DNA of 64,000 nt from Lytechinus pictus (GCF_037042905.1 NC_087251.1:14696001-14760000), one strand, 5' to 3'. Positions 29,042 to 41,803 are shown, counted from the stretch's first letter. The notes: generated from the letters alone by a model not told the origin. Translations and numbers: made by a program.

Positions 29042-29625
29042 AGGAGAATGAAACTCTTGGAGCAAGTTAGCTTTTGTGAAAGCAGAAAAATCAAAGAATA
29101 AGATCAACAAAAGTTTGAGTAAAATAGGACTAGCAATAGAAGAGTTATGAGCATTTGAATGTCGAGATCACTAATGCTATGGAGATCCTATCATTGGCAA
29201 TGCGACCAAGATCTATGATGTCACAGATGAACAACTCTCCCCTTTTGGACACTGAAAATATACCCCAAAACATATCTTTTTGCTCAATCTAATCATATGA
29301 CAAACGATTCATCAATGATATAATGTTGTGTAACCTCTGTACTTGTCCTCTCATAAAGAGAACACCTCACCTTGTGATAGACTCTATAAAAGTGAGAATA
29401 TAAGTGAAATATGTACTAAAGTAATGAGGGAGTTGTACGTGTGTGACATCACAGATCTTGGTCGCATTGCCAATGGGAGGATCTACATGGCATTAGTGAT
29501 CTCGACATTCAAATGCTCATAACTTTCTTATTATTCAATCACTCTTCCTCAAACTTTCAACAATATGTTTCTTTGATTTTTGTCTTTGATATGGATTCAG
29601 CTGGTTTCAAGGGTTTCATTCTCCT
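29042..29625. mobile_element. Kolobok-like non-autonomous element, family A, copy 1 (intronic)
   Basis: TTAA|AGGAGAATGAAAC...GTTTCATTCTCCT|TTAA with long imperfect inverted arms; reverse complement of 32623-33205. Confidence 0.88.
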
Positions 29626-29946
29626 TTAAGGGCACTAAATCTTGCCTTCAAACGCTTTTGTAATTCTAACCCCAATATGTATACATGGATTAAGTTTACA
29701 TTTGATTAGTTACTGGATTTATTGCAACTGACATAAACACAGAAAGACTAAGTATCTAGAAACTTACTACAATAGGCAGAGACATAAAAAGGAGATAAAT
29801 GCTACCTATGTTCAAGATACCAAAGTCTGATGGCCATCTTTAAAGAATTCTGGCATACATATACTTGACAATACTGTTTAAGTTCCATTTCATTACTCAA
29901 TGAAATCACTTTCAAAAAGAGTAAATTTGTTAAGAGTTCAACTTAC

Positions 29947-30036
29947 TGGTTCTATCTTCATTTGTACACCCTCAGGTAGATTTAGCTGAAGCATTTCAGT
30001 GAAGAGAGGTGCTGTGGTGCTTGGAAGATCTTGAAT
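29947..30036 (-). CDS. MRPL48: MRPL48 internal exon
   Basis: AG/GT bounded, 90 bp: IQDLPSTTAPLFTEMLQLNLPEGVQMKIEP, with the LPEGV motif of the uS10-like domain. Confidence 0.9.
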
Positions 30037-30126
30037 CTGAAAATAAAACAAAACAAAAAATATATATGCATCATGGTCCACTGGATGCATCTGCATATTA
30101 CACCTGTAGATCACTAGGGATCACTA

Positions 30127-30830
30127 GGTTCAGGGTTCAAACCCTGCAGTGGCACTTTTGTCCTTTGGTAAGACTTTAAATGTCAAGTCCACCACAGAAA
30201 AATATTGATTTGAGTCAATAGAGAAAAATCAAACAAGCATAGCGCTGAAAGATTTATCAAAATCGGATGTAATATAACATAGTTATTAAATTTTGAAATT
30301 ACACTTATATTTCATAAAACAGTTATATGCATAACTCAGTGACATGCAAATGAGCAAGTCGATGATGTCCCTCATTCACTATTTCTTTTGTTTGAATTTT
30401 ACAATACATAAATTTTTACCAATTTGAAAATAAGGCCCAACTTGACTGAACCATGAAATGTTAAAACAATTGTAATACCTCATGTTCAAGTAGAAATAAA
30501 ACTTTGTTTCACATGATGAGGAGGAAATTAGAATAATTCATATTTCACTTAATAAAATACAAATGAAATAGTGAGTGGGTGACATCATTAGTCCCCTCAT
30601 TTGCATAACGACCAGGATGTGCATACTGTTTTATGAATCTAAGTGAAACTTTAAAATATCATAACTTTCTTATTTAACACCTGATTTCGATGAAATTTTC
30701 AGCATTTTGCTTGTCTGATTTTTCTCTTTTTATTCAAATCAACTATTTGTTGAGATGGACTTGTCCTTTAATTTATATTAAAGTTTGCTACTCAAGCCAG
30801 GTTAGGTAAATGATTACCTGACAGGAACCA
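30127..30830 (+). mobile_element. SINE fragment split by a Kolobok-like insertion
   Basis: B-box-like GGTTCAAACC then GGCACTTTTGTCCTTTGGTAAGAC before the insert; SINE-body-like GCTACTCAAGCCAGGTTAGGTAAATG resumes after 30771. Confidence 0.45.
30180..30767. mobile_element. Kolobok-like non-autonomous element, family B, copy 1
   Basis: TTAA|ATGTCAAGTCC...GGACTTGTCCT|TTAA; related in opposite orientation to 32500-33643. Confidence 0.82.
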
Positions 30831-30915
30831 AGTAAAAGAAAAATATATACATACATGTATATGTATTTATTTTATGTTTGCTTTACAAACGCCCTTATCA
30901 TAAGAGAAATCTTAC

Positions 30916-31027
30916 CTGTATAACTCTTTCGTGTGTGTGTAAAGTGAAGTCTCTAACTTTCTCTTTCTCAGGTGTACCAGGTTTTTGTATTGTATGTATC
31001 AGCGTTGACTTGGTGGGCATAGCATAG
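30916..31027 (-). CDS. MRPL48: MRPL48 internal exon
   Basis: 112 bp, AG/GT bounded: (S)YAMPTKSTLIHTIQKPGTPEKEKVRDFTLHTHERVIQ; YAMPTK and THERV.Q match MRPL48. Confidence 0.92.
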
Positions 31028-31556
31028 CTGTAAATTGAATTATTTCATAAATAGCAATTGAAAAGAATCAGAAACAAGAAACTGAATATAATTCTGATTC
31101 AGAAGATATTTAAATTGTGTTCAATCCCTTAGGTTTCAATGATAATCCAAGCAATGATTAAAAAAGGGGAACGTTTCTATTTTTTACTTTATTACCAACG
31201 CAATATATTACATAAATAAAAGAAAACATTTCAAATTTCTTGACAAGATATATAAGTGCTGCATGTTTTGGTCACTTGTCAGATGTAATGATTTACATGC
31301 ACATGGTTAGTATGATGGGGGTATGAAAAATATCTCAGAAATTTGTTGGAAACTGAATGATTCTAGCACTTTTGACTCTTTATTATCTTTTTACCTATGT
31401 ACTATAAAAGAAATGAGTTAAGATGAAAAAAATCAAGGGGAAAATAAATAGTTTCTGTGTGGGGGATATTCTTTCTGCTTCAATTCTCTCCATATGTCTT
31501 TTTTATTGAACTATTAAAGGCATACTCTTCTGACTCAACCATGAAATGATAAATAC

Positions 31557-31723
31557 CTCTCAAAGATATTGAGTTCCATGTTCTTGGCTAGGTTATGGGC
31601 ATACTGAGCGAAGTGTTCAACCAATGTACAGTCATACCCTTGGACCTTGAAGTTCATGATTTCATAAACTGTAGAGTCTTTGGCTGGAGGAATCTCTTGG
31701 TCTGAAACCTGTTGTGTCTTCAT
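31557..31723 (-). CDS. MRPL48: MRPL48 internal exon
   Basis: 167 bp, AG/GT bounded: ...YEIMNFKVQGYDCTLVEHFAQYAHNLAKNMELNIFE, matching the MRPL48 YD.TL.E.YAQY.HNL motif. Confidence 0.92.
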
Positions 31724-32385
31724 CTGTATGTGAAATGAAAGATGGCAAAAAAAATGATACTGCAAACTTGAAACTATGAACTGTTCAAAATATATAAGTA
31801 CATAAAAGTGTGCTATCCCAGATTATTTGATACCATTGTTTTAATGTTATGCATTTACTTTTGAATAAACAAGAGACTTTCTTTATGCACATTAATAAAA
31901 GAGTCAAGTTGTGCCTAATTTCCCACATACTGATTGAAAGCTGCCATTCTTTATGTTAACAAATTATCATCCCCCAGTACATTTACATAGCCTATTTGGA
32001 TGGTGAACAGCTGAAATAGCTTTGTGCCATTCAAATCCAGGTTATCAATATAAAATGAAACCTATCAAACCTGTCTTAGCAGCAACCTGTTTTTAATGGC
32101 AACTAAAATCGACTCTAATTTGAAAGGAATATGTGTCAAAGAGCCTGTCTTATAAAGTTCAACTGTCTACAATGGACACTTTTTCTGTTTCCCTGTGGTG
32201 GCCTAAATAGACAGGTTTAACTGTATGTAAAACAGCAGATTTCCCACTTAATATAACAATAGGACATAAATTTGATCACAATGCAATAACAAAGGTTTAA
32301 TGCTATTCATTCAAGAGGATTTGGGAAATTTCATAGCGTTTAATTTTCAAAAGTAGACCTACATACATTATGTGAATATTTTTAC

Positions 32386-32464
32386 CTGCTCAAATTCTGT
32401 ATCAAAATCATCATAATGACGAACTTGTTGGTGAACCATGGATGGCAAGAGATTTTTGTGAACT
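32386..32464 (-). CDS. MRPL48: MRPL48 probable upstream coding exon (end of transit peptide)
   Basis: ccacag acceptor and CAG|gtaaa donor, in frame with the next exon: VHKNLLPSMVHQQVRHYDDFDTEFEQ. Start codon and upstream exon unresolved. Confidence 0.65.
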
Positions 32465-32499
32465 CTGTGGAAGAAAGAACATGGAAATAATATTTTATG

Positions 32500-33643
32500 A
32501 GGACAAGTCCACCCCAACAAAACTTTGATTTGAATAAAAAGACAAAATCCAACAAGCATAGCACTGAAAGCTTCATCAAAATCGGATGTAAAATAATAAA
32601 GTTATGGCATTTTAAAGTTTAAAGGAGAATGAAACCCTTGAAAATAGCTGAATCCATATTAAAGAGAAAAATCAAAGAAACATATTGTTGAAAGTTTGAG
32701 GAAGATTGAATGAATAATAAGAAAGTTATGAGCATTTGAATATTGAGATCACTAGTGCCATGTAGATCCTCCCATCGGCAATGCGACCAAGATCTGTGAT
32801 ATCACACACGTACAACTCCCTCATTACTTTAGTACTTATTTCATTTATATTCTCACTTTTATAGAGTCTATCACAAGGTTAGGTGTTTTCTTTATGAGAT
32901 GACAAGTACAGAGGTTTCACAACATTATATCATTGATGAATCGTTTGTCATATGATTAGAATGAGCAAAAAGAGATGTTTTGGGGTATATTTTCAGTGTC
33001 CGAATGGGAGAGTTGTACGTGTGTGACATCACAGATCTTGGTCGCATTGCCAATGGGAGGATCTCCATAGCATTAGTGATCTCGACATTCAAATGCTCAT
33101 AACTCTTTTATTGCTAGTCCTATTTTACTCAAAGTTTTGTTGATCTTATTCTTTGATTTTTCTGCTTTCATAAAAGCTAACTTGCTCCAAGAGTTTCATT
33201 CTCCTTTAATTTCACAAAACAGTTATATGCACATCATGGTTGGTATGCAAATGAGGAGACTGATGACATCATCCACTCACTATTTCTTTTGCATTTTATT
33301 ATATGAAATATTCTAATTTTCTCCTCATTGTCAAGTGACACAACGATTAATTCCTCCCTGGACATGTGGAATCAGCATTGTTTTAATGCTATATGGTTCA
33401 GTCAAGTTGGTCCTTTTTGTCAAATCTGTAAAAATCGAAATATTGTAAAATTCAAACAATAAAAAACAAAAGAAATAGTGAGGGACATCATCGACTGTCT
33501 CATTTGCATATCACTGTTTTGTGAAAAATAAGCGAAACTTTAAAATGTCATAACTTTCTTATATTACATCCGATTTTTAAGGAATTTTCAGTGTTATGCT
33601 AGTTTGATTTTTTTTCAACATTTTTTTAGGGTGGACTTGACCT
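32500..33643. mobile_element. Kolobok-like family B copy 2, interrupted by family A copy 2
   Basis: AGGACAAGTCCACCCC...GGGTGGACTTGACCT|TTAA; sequence is continuous once 32623-33205 and one TTAA are removed. Confidence 0.82.
32623..33205. mobile_element. Kolobok-like family A copy 2 (nested)
   Basis: TTAA|AGGAGAATGAAAC...GTTTCATTCTCCT|TTAA; high-identity inverted copy of 29042-29625. Confidence 0.88.
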
Positions 33644-33647
33644 TTAA

Positions 33648-34385
33648 CCCTAATTCTCCCGGGGGGGGGGGGCCATAATGGTCCCCCTCGACAATTTTCG
33701 CGATATATCTGCTGCGCCAAATTTTTTGACCTCGCCGCTCAGTGACTTTTTACTTTCAAGTCTCGCGCAAATTTTGAGACCAAATTTGTGACGCCCGGGT
33801 ACGCGGTTACGACATTACGCAACATTATGTAAGTGCATGTCAGACTCCAAATTGCTCATAAACGTGATTTCATGTACAAATCCAATGCAGATTGTGTATT
33901 AGCCAGAATTCATAAATGTATCATTATTTCTACTTTTACTGATTAAACTTAATTAATTTTGCCTTGTTTATGATCAGAATTAAGTCTGGAACGATTTCCA
34001 TCGAAAAACAATAAAAAAACAAAAAGGAAAAAAACAAAGAAATACATAAGAAATTTAAAAAACAATAAAATACAAATCGTTCTTGGTACCAGAATTTTTT
34101 TCATTCAAAATTGTTAGGAATGCTATAAAGAATATTTTCACAAAAAACAGCATTCTAGGAGCTTTATTTAGTGAATCAGAGCAAAAAGTATGATTTCATG
34201 AATAAATTAGCATAATTAATTCATATAAAACAAAAATATATGAATTCAGTGAAATTTACCAATGCAACTGCGTAGATTACGTCATTTTCTACCATCATGC
34301 AAATTTTCAATGTGATCGCGCAATCCGCGGCTGAGATCTTAAAGGGGGCCATAATGGCCCCCTCCCGGGAATGACAAGAATCAAA
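33648..34385. mobile_element. piggyBac-like non-autonomous element, right end degenerate
   Basis: TTAA|CCCTAATTCTCCCGGGG start; subterminal GGGGCCATAATGG(T/C)CCCC at both ends; no clean right TIR. Confidence 0.5.
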
Positions 34386-34487
34386 ATCCCCCCATCACCT
34401 TCTTATAATTTTAAAATTTCATAGCTGCAAGGCTAGTCTTTGAACTTGTAAACTGTATAGATTAGTTACCTAGACAAGCAACATTAA

Positions 34488-35948
34488 AGTTGAATTAAGA
34501 AGGGGGTGAGTTTCCATAAATATAGGTTCTACATACAATATATAGTATATATAAGTTGTTCAAACACATAGCATGTCACAATAATCCTCTGCCTTCTCGA
34601 TATTTTGCTTTGAAAGTCTATGAAATTAGCCACCTGTCAGAGCCCGAGAGACGAGTGTACAGAAAAGTCACTCGGAGTGTGACGTCACCGGGGGGAATTT
34701 AGTATAAGAGGTGCCTGAATGTCATACAGAAATGCTATGCAGAGAGAGAAAGATATTTTACAATTTTTTTTCAAAGCAACTCAAATCAAACAAATAGGAC
34801 TGATATGTACAAATCTTTACTTTCCCTGTATACAAAACAGTATGAATAACCACCATGAACTCTTCAATCATGATGTAAGATAGCAAACAGTGAGTTATTG
34901 AATGATATTTTCACTATTTCTCATTTATTTTATCACGATGTTCAATCAAGTGAGTAGCTGGAAAGTAATTCCGGCGGCTAGCTCAGCGCGCGCTGAACGC
35001 ATAATACTAGTATAGTACACACAACACCCAGGCATTGAGAGTACTGTTATGGTCTGGTATGTCGACTTAGTTCATGGCCGTGCAGCTATCCCCTGGCGTT
35101 TTTTTTCTTTTCTTTTGTCTTTGACTCCACTTTTATATCCTCTGGATCATTTCCACTCATAGCTCATTCCACAGAACAATCTTGAACCAAACGTATAGTA
35201 TTCTTTCTCGGCCTTCTGAGTTGTTTTCTATATTTAATTACGCTAGGGGTCACCGTCACACATACAAACGCAATTCGGAAGTGAGTTGAAGACAGAAAGA
35301 TATATAGTAATTAGTATACATCTCTATGGTTGAAGACAACAAGAACGGTACGGTAGCTCGACAGCTAGCTGCGCCGGAGCGGGCGGCCGGTCGGCACAAA
35401 GCAATTCCGCAACCAACTGTGTTTTTTTGCAAGAGCCGCGTCACACGCGGATAAACATGTCATAATAACACGTCTGCTACGTTATTGACTGGTGAGAAGA
35501 TCTCGATCAAATTTCATATTATTCACCTTGAAATTATTCCTTTAGGGTCTATGGTATCATTCTGAGGGAATTCACATATTTGGAATAATAGTACGGCCAC
35601 AAATATTTTAATCATTTCCTCTTTGCAAGTTCTATGGCTCGTGGATACAACTTCAACTGCAGTTATTCCATATGAAGGAGTACGTGCATAGTACACAAAA
35701 CGGCACTGCCTTGTTTACTACACCGGGACCGAATACCCCCCGGTGACGTCACAATCAAAGAACACCCGTCTCGGTAGGCATTGCAGGAGCGAACTCAGGG
35801 AAAATGGGTAGGGATAAATCGTTCAAATTCACTATTTTGAAAAAAGAAAATGGGGGGTCGAATCACCTATTAGTGTTTGGGGGGTTGTTTGTAAGGTTGC
35901 TATTAATGTAAATATCTCAATATTTGGAATCGTCTTCTTAATTCAACT
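34488..35948. mobile_element. 1.46 kb Kolobok-like non-autonomous element
   Basis: Perfect 15-bp TIR AGTTGAATTAAGAAG / CTTCTTAATTCAACT with TTAA on both flanks; CpG-rich interior, no long ORF. Confidence 0.85.
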
Positions 35949-36675
35949 TTAATAAAGAGTAACTTGCCCAAAATTTGACAGGTTAAGCTTTTGTGCAATG
36001 TTTTTTGTTCTAAAATATATTGTCACAAAATGAAATTTGCATCAATGTTTGTTGAATACATTTGTCTATTTTCAACTGCAATGTTTATTTTTAACTTCCA
36101 CCTCAATATTTCAGAAAATCTTGAAATGTATCGCCATATTTTGCAGCCACAATATGACAGCTCCCACCCTATGTCTGACACAACGCATTGCACATTCAAA
36201 AGCCGCTGCATGCGAGAGCAGCTGAATTGTGCTGCACCACATGCCATATGCAATCTGGAAGTTGGAGCGGCCATTCGCTCTCTCATTAAGTTTGTCAAAT
36301 AAAGGCAAACCGCTAGCATGCCGTTAACTTGATTTTTGTGCAAAGTCAACAATGCATTTGAGTTTTTCTGTGTTTTCTTTTTTTATCTGTCCTTTTGAAG
36401 ATACGATCCTAAATTTGCTCGCGAAGTTCATTAATTTGGAACAAAATCACATTTCTTCACTTACAGAGCATTTTTCGGCGACCCCACTTTCTTAAATCTG
36501 AGCTAAGCCGTCGTTTGTATTGGATACATGGCACAGATTATGCATATTTAAAGTTTGACTTGGGGACTTTGGATTTGAAATCAGGACTTTCCAAATTCTG
36601 AATGGTCAGGTCAGCAAAAAAAATGTTATTGATGGACACTAGGCCAACTGCAATGATCCGGTGAGCAATATTACA

Positions 36676-36885
36676 GGGGGGGTCGGGTGTCTGGACACTT
36701 TATATTTTTGAAGCCTTCTTTTTTGTCTTTGGATTACACTAAAAATATGAATTCAATAGTTGTAATCATCTTCTATTTTGCTCTCTATATTTCCTAACAT
36801 TTTCTACTAAAAATTTATGAAACTTCGCTTGTAATTTTTTCCAAATGACTTTCTAAAATTGATCGTCCGGACACACAACTGGGTA
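36676..36885. repeat. Dispersed ~210 bp repeat, copy 1
   Basis: Same-orientation match to ~48518-48729 (GGTCGGG.GTC.GGACACT.TATTTTTGAAGCCTTC...GATCGTCCGGACACACAAC). Confidence 0.85.
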
Positions 36886-37228
36886 TACCTGTATATAGAA
36901 CAATGTGTTTGGTGTGTGTAGTGATGACCAATTATGCTGGCTTGTGTTAACATGGCGGCCATGTCGAATGGCGCGGCAGCCATGAAAAATTCCAGGCAGG
37001 GCCAGAGTGTTATAGTCATCGCTTGTGTTAACATGGCGGCCATGAAAAATTCCAGGCATGGCCGGGGTGTAATAGTCAGACTTAGACTGATAAATCCGCT
37101 GTTTCGTAGTTTTTCTGATTTCTGACATTTTCTGATTTTTTTGTCCTCCTCCTACACAGACGGATGACGGCCATTGGGCTAGTAGTGGTGGAGCTCCACC
37201 GACGCCTCATCTACAGCATCTACGGAGA

Positions 37229-37687
37229 AAAGGGTGCAACTTTGCACCCTCCTCGATGACTCTTAAATTTTGCTCTTTGACGGGGGAAAAAGGAAGAAAT
37301 GATAAAGATACATCTAGACCCTTTATAAAATACAATCAGCTTACCACCTTTCCGAAAAATATGCTGGAATACAGCGAATTTTGATGAAAAACATCAGGAT
37401 CAGACTGGTTCTTCTTCGATCACCGTCAGCTACAGCTGAGCGTACGAACGTGCCAGCCAATCCACTGGTGCGATCGTACGCTCAGCTGTAGCCGACGGCG
37501 ATCGAAGAAGAACCTGGCTGATCCTGATCTGTTTTTCATCAAAATTCGCTATTTTCCGGCATATTTTTCGGAAAGGTGGTAAGCTGAATGTATTGAACAT
37601 AAATTTATCTGTATTATTTGTTCCCTTTTACCCCGTCAAAAAGCTAAATTTAGGAGTAATCGAGGGGGTTGCAAAATTGCACCCTTT
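37229..37687. mobile_element. ~460 bp foldback MITE
   Basis: AAAGGGTGCAACTTTGCA...TGCAAAATTGCACCCTTT; arms pair almost to a ~20 nt central loop near 37450-37470. Confidence 0.85.
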
Positions 37688-38744
37688 ATCGAACATGGAC
37701 CATAACATTAGACATATTAATTAATAGTCATATTAGATGCTGTCGAATAATCAGCGGTTGTTTGCCACTCACACGTATTGCGAGGTTAGTATAGTGACGT
37801 ATTGTATTACCGGACACTATCATGATTCCGGACGCTCATATTGCTGCATACGAAAACAATTTCGTACCGTAAGACTTCCACAATTCAATTTCACAGAGCA
37901 ATACATAGAACAGGATTGCAAAAACAAGGCGAAAAAATCCAACCTTTACCTTATTTATCTATAAAATGACAGAAAATGCTTGAAATATCAAATAACATAG
38001 TTTTGCATTAACAATTGATATATTTTCTGACGGAAATATGGGTCTGATCTGCCGAATTTCAATCCCGTCCGCTCCTTCGATCGAATGATGAGGTGTGGTG
38101 TATTGTGGGTGATCGTCGACGGCTAGTTCTCAAGGTACCCGTGCGCGAGGTTTACCGTGAGTATAGAGCCGTCGACGATCGGCAGCGCATCGATAGAACT
38201 TGATGAGCGTCACGATACGAACGAGCATAATATTGGAAAGTTCCATGAAACATGCAGCGAACAAGAAAAAATAAAATAAGTTGTCAAAGACGAATTGATT
38301 ACCAACATCTGCTCAGAATCGATATAAAAACAGCAAACAAAAACTTAGAATTTACTCATGATATGATACAGGTAAGCTTGTAACCGATTTTGCAATCGGC
38401 AACCGATTCCATTCGATTTCACAACAATCGGCGATCACTTGCCGATCTTCGATCATGCCCCTTGAAGGAAAAAATCGGATATAAAAAACGGCATAGATCT
38501 AGTTACAGTGCGGTCAGAACATATTTTAAGATTGTTCTGGAGGTGCTAGCTATTAATAGAGCTTTTTAACAATCGAATAGTTCGAACAATCAAGATTCCT
38601 GGAATGTCAGAAATGACTCATAAAAAGTTGACCTACTTATGACCTACCGGTAGCTGCGCTGACTGGTATGGTGGGAGTGGAACTTGGAATGAATGTATTG
38701 TATAATACAAACAAGGAACATGTACTTGTACTGTGTTTGTCATT

Positions 38745-39200
38745 TATCCCGCCCATGAGTGCACACAATGGCCTATAGCAATGGAGTTTGAGAGCTGTGT
38801 GTGACCGTGTGGGTGCATGAATGTGTTGTACGCATTATGTATGCTAGTGCTTACGCTGATAAATCCCGCCCATGAGTGAATACAATGGCCAATAGCAATG
38901 GAGTTTGAGAGCTGTGTGTGACCGGCTGACCGCGTGGGTGCATGAATGTGTTGTATGTATTACGTATGCCTTGCGCTGATGTTTTGTCATAAATCCCGCC
39001 CATGAGTGCACACAATGGACGAATAGCAAGGGAGTTTGAGAAATGTATATGAATGCTGGGGTGCATGGATGTGTTGTATAGTGATTGCCCTGCTTAAATC
39101 CCGCCCATAAGTGCACACACGGCCAAGGGACGAATAATTAGCAAGGGAGTTTGAGAGCAGTGTGTGACCGCAGGGTGTATGGATGTGTTGCGTGTTGTAT
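38745..39200. repeat. Tandem repeat, about 4 copies of a ~105-130 bp unit
   Basis: ATCCCGCCCATGAGTGCACACAATGG...GGAGTTTGAGAG recurs near 38747, 38863, 38993 and 39098. Confidence 0.88.
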
Positions 39201-41359
39201 GTATCATGTAAGCCATACTTGCAGTGATATATTGTAATAAATGAAGCCAGTGAGCTAACTCAAAGAATAGCACTGTTAGCAGTGCCAATCAAACCCACTA
39301 CTACCACATGCCAAAAGGTAGTGGAAAGAATTTTGCGCTAGCCCGTTCGAGTCTGGGCGGTTCCAGTTCTCGGCTCTGCCTCAAAACTATCTTGTATTGT
39401 GTAAATGCTTGCGCGCATTTGGTAATTCACTGATATTGTTGAGTGGGTGGGTATACACAAAGATCGATACGAAGGCGTGACTTAACTTTTCCGAGGACTG
39501 ATTCGGAGAAATGATGTACAAGTAAGCTATTATAACAAAATGGGTGTACTTTGGAATGGTTATTGGGCGTGGCTGTAATCACATATTAATAATGAGCGAA
39601 CTGAGCTGAGCTCAGCTTAACATAAAATTACTTATAAAAGATGTCCCGCCGATCGTTCATTGACCTGTGATCTATGAGAATTATTTTCCTTTGCGACTTT
39701 GCTCGGAAGATGCATCATTTGTTTATTTTTCTAATAAAAATCACTCATTTTATTGTAAAACAGTAACACCTCAAAACCCTTTTAAAGCATGTTCCAAACG
39801 ATCGCGCATGTCGGCGACTTCCATTCCTAAACATTTGTCTTTGTGACTTTGTCAAGAAGATGCGCGCGACCGCAATCAAAATTTTGATGTATTCCTTTGT
39901 TTTTAAACATCGCCGATTCGATTTTCGATTCGATTTCGATTTTAGAAGCTTAACTGCCGATCCGATTTTCGATCTGATTTTTGATCCGATTTACAACATT
40001 AGAAGAAAAAATAACACAAATTTGTTCTTACATCATTATAATCAAGAATAACTTTACCCGTCCGGCGCGCGTCCGGAATCATGATGTAATTTGTCACGCA
40101 CGAAAATAACTGTTTTTCGTGGAGGGGTATGCGGCAAGTGCGATGCAAAGAAAATGGTTGGTAATGGTTGGTAAATATAAAATAATTTTACCATATTCAT
40201 AATTTTCATATTTGGAATAGCAAGTGCGATTTTTCTCGATTGTATTTCCTCTAGTTGTCATTTTTAAAGCACTGAAATAAAGGTGTCCGGCAATAGGATA
40301 CACTGCCATACTATTAGTATACTAACAGGTTGTTTGCTTGACAGTGACATTGTCTTGACAGAAATAGCCCTAGGGCTAGGCCATGTAGGCCTAGCCTATT
40401 ATTATTAATCGGTCTAACGTTAAGTCACTTGTCTAGAGAATCGTTAACCTCTCTACTAGATCTACGTAAATGTTAACCTGTTGTTGCCCCTGAATCAACA
40501 TACATCTGCCCACTGACCACTCCTAGTACCAATGAGGTCCAAACATTAACATGTATGGACCTCATAGGCGACATTACCCAAATTATGGGTTGGACAATGC
40601 TGTTCTGATTTCCAACCCAAGACTTTGGTAAATGTACACCTTAATACAAGTTAGAGTTATCCGATATACCTTTCATTCGGACGGCAAACCTTTATTTAGT
40701 TGTAAAAATAGTTTAAATTAAAATCGATTATTGTTAAACTTACATTTCAGGCCCTTTTTGTTGATTTTCGGTGAGCGTTCCACACAGCTGCGACGAGTGA
40801 TCAACTCCGAAGTGATACGCATACTGGTCAGCTGATCGGTCAGGTGATCGGTTGGTTATCTTTTTGTCAGACGTTCATAATTTATGTTAAGCGTATCAAT
40901 CTTCAGTATCTTGATTTCAAAGCATCAGTATTGCAGAGAAAAGTCATTATTGATTGGAATCAGTGGCGGGGGGGGGGGGGGTTGGGGTGAGCATTTCTGC
41001 CCGTTCCCCCTTTTGAGATTTATAGTAAACATTTTGGAATTAAATATTTTGTTAATACTAGTTATGTGCCCCCCCATCCCCCCTCCCTTATGAGAATCAC
41101 AGCATTATTTGTAATGGGGATATTTCGTTCATATTCTTTTCTCTTTTTTGCCTTTTTTGTGCTTGTCAAATTTTACTGGGAACAAATTAACAATATGACT
41201 TTCTATACATCACTTTTAGGGACAAACTTTTTATAGGGGTGGGGGCTTGCCAAATATAACGGTGGAAAAAGTGACCTTCTTTTTTAGTGACAACTTTATA
41301 AAAAAATTGTCAAATTTTACGCGAGACAAAATGACCTTCGATCATTGCTATAGTTAAAA

Positions 41360-41390
<31 letters not shown>

Positions 41391-41803
41391 GGGGGGGGGG
41401 GTTGCCAAATATCACGTGGACAAAATGACTTTCCCTTTTCTTATTTTTGTGGGGGGGGGGGCTTGCCGAATATTACGCGGACAAAATGACTTTCATTTTG
41501 AGTGACCATTTTTTTTTTAACTTGTCAAACTTTACGCGAGACAATATAATGACCGGTTTTTTTTTTTTTTTCAAAGCATCAGTATTGCAGAGAAAAGTCA
41601 TTATTGATTGGAATCAGTGGCGGGGGGGGAAAAGAGAAAAGAATATGAACGAAATATCCCCATTACAAATAATGCTGTGATTCTCATAAGGGAGGGGGGA
41701 TGGGGGGGCACCTACTTAATTTGGAAAATCTTGGATGCGCCTCTATATAGTTTGAATCATAATGAAGATTAAGATCATGCGTATATATAGCTTACATCCA
41801 CGG

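Noticed and set aside
31535..31765. MRPS10/uS10 call
   Set aside because: Same fold family, but YAMPTK, THERV.Q, LPEGV and HT.E.FK.R match MRPL48.
34399..34452. 54-bp AG/GT-bounded segment as an MRPL48 coding exon
   Set aside because: It has a stop codon in the frame needed to join the 32464 exon.
35991..36660. Overlapping ORFs as a transposase remnant
   Set aside because: No DDE, zinc-finger or other motif identifiable in the frames examined.
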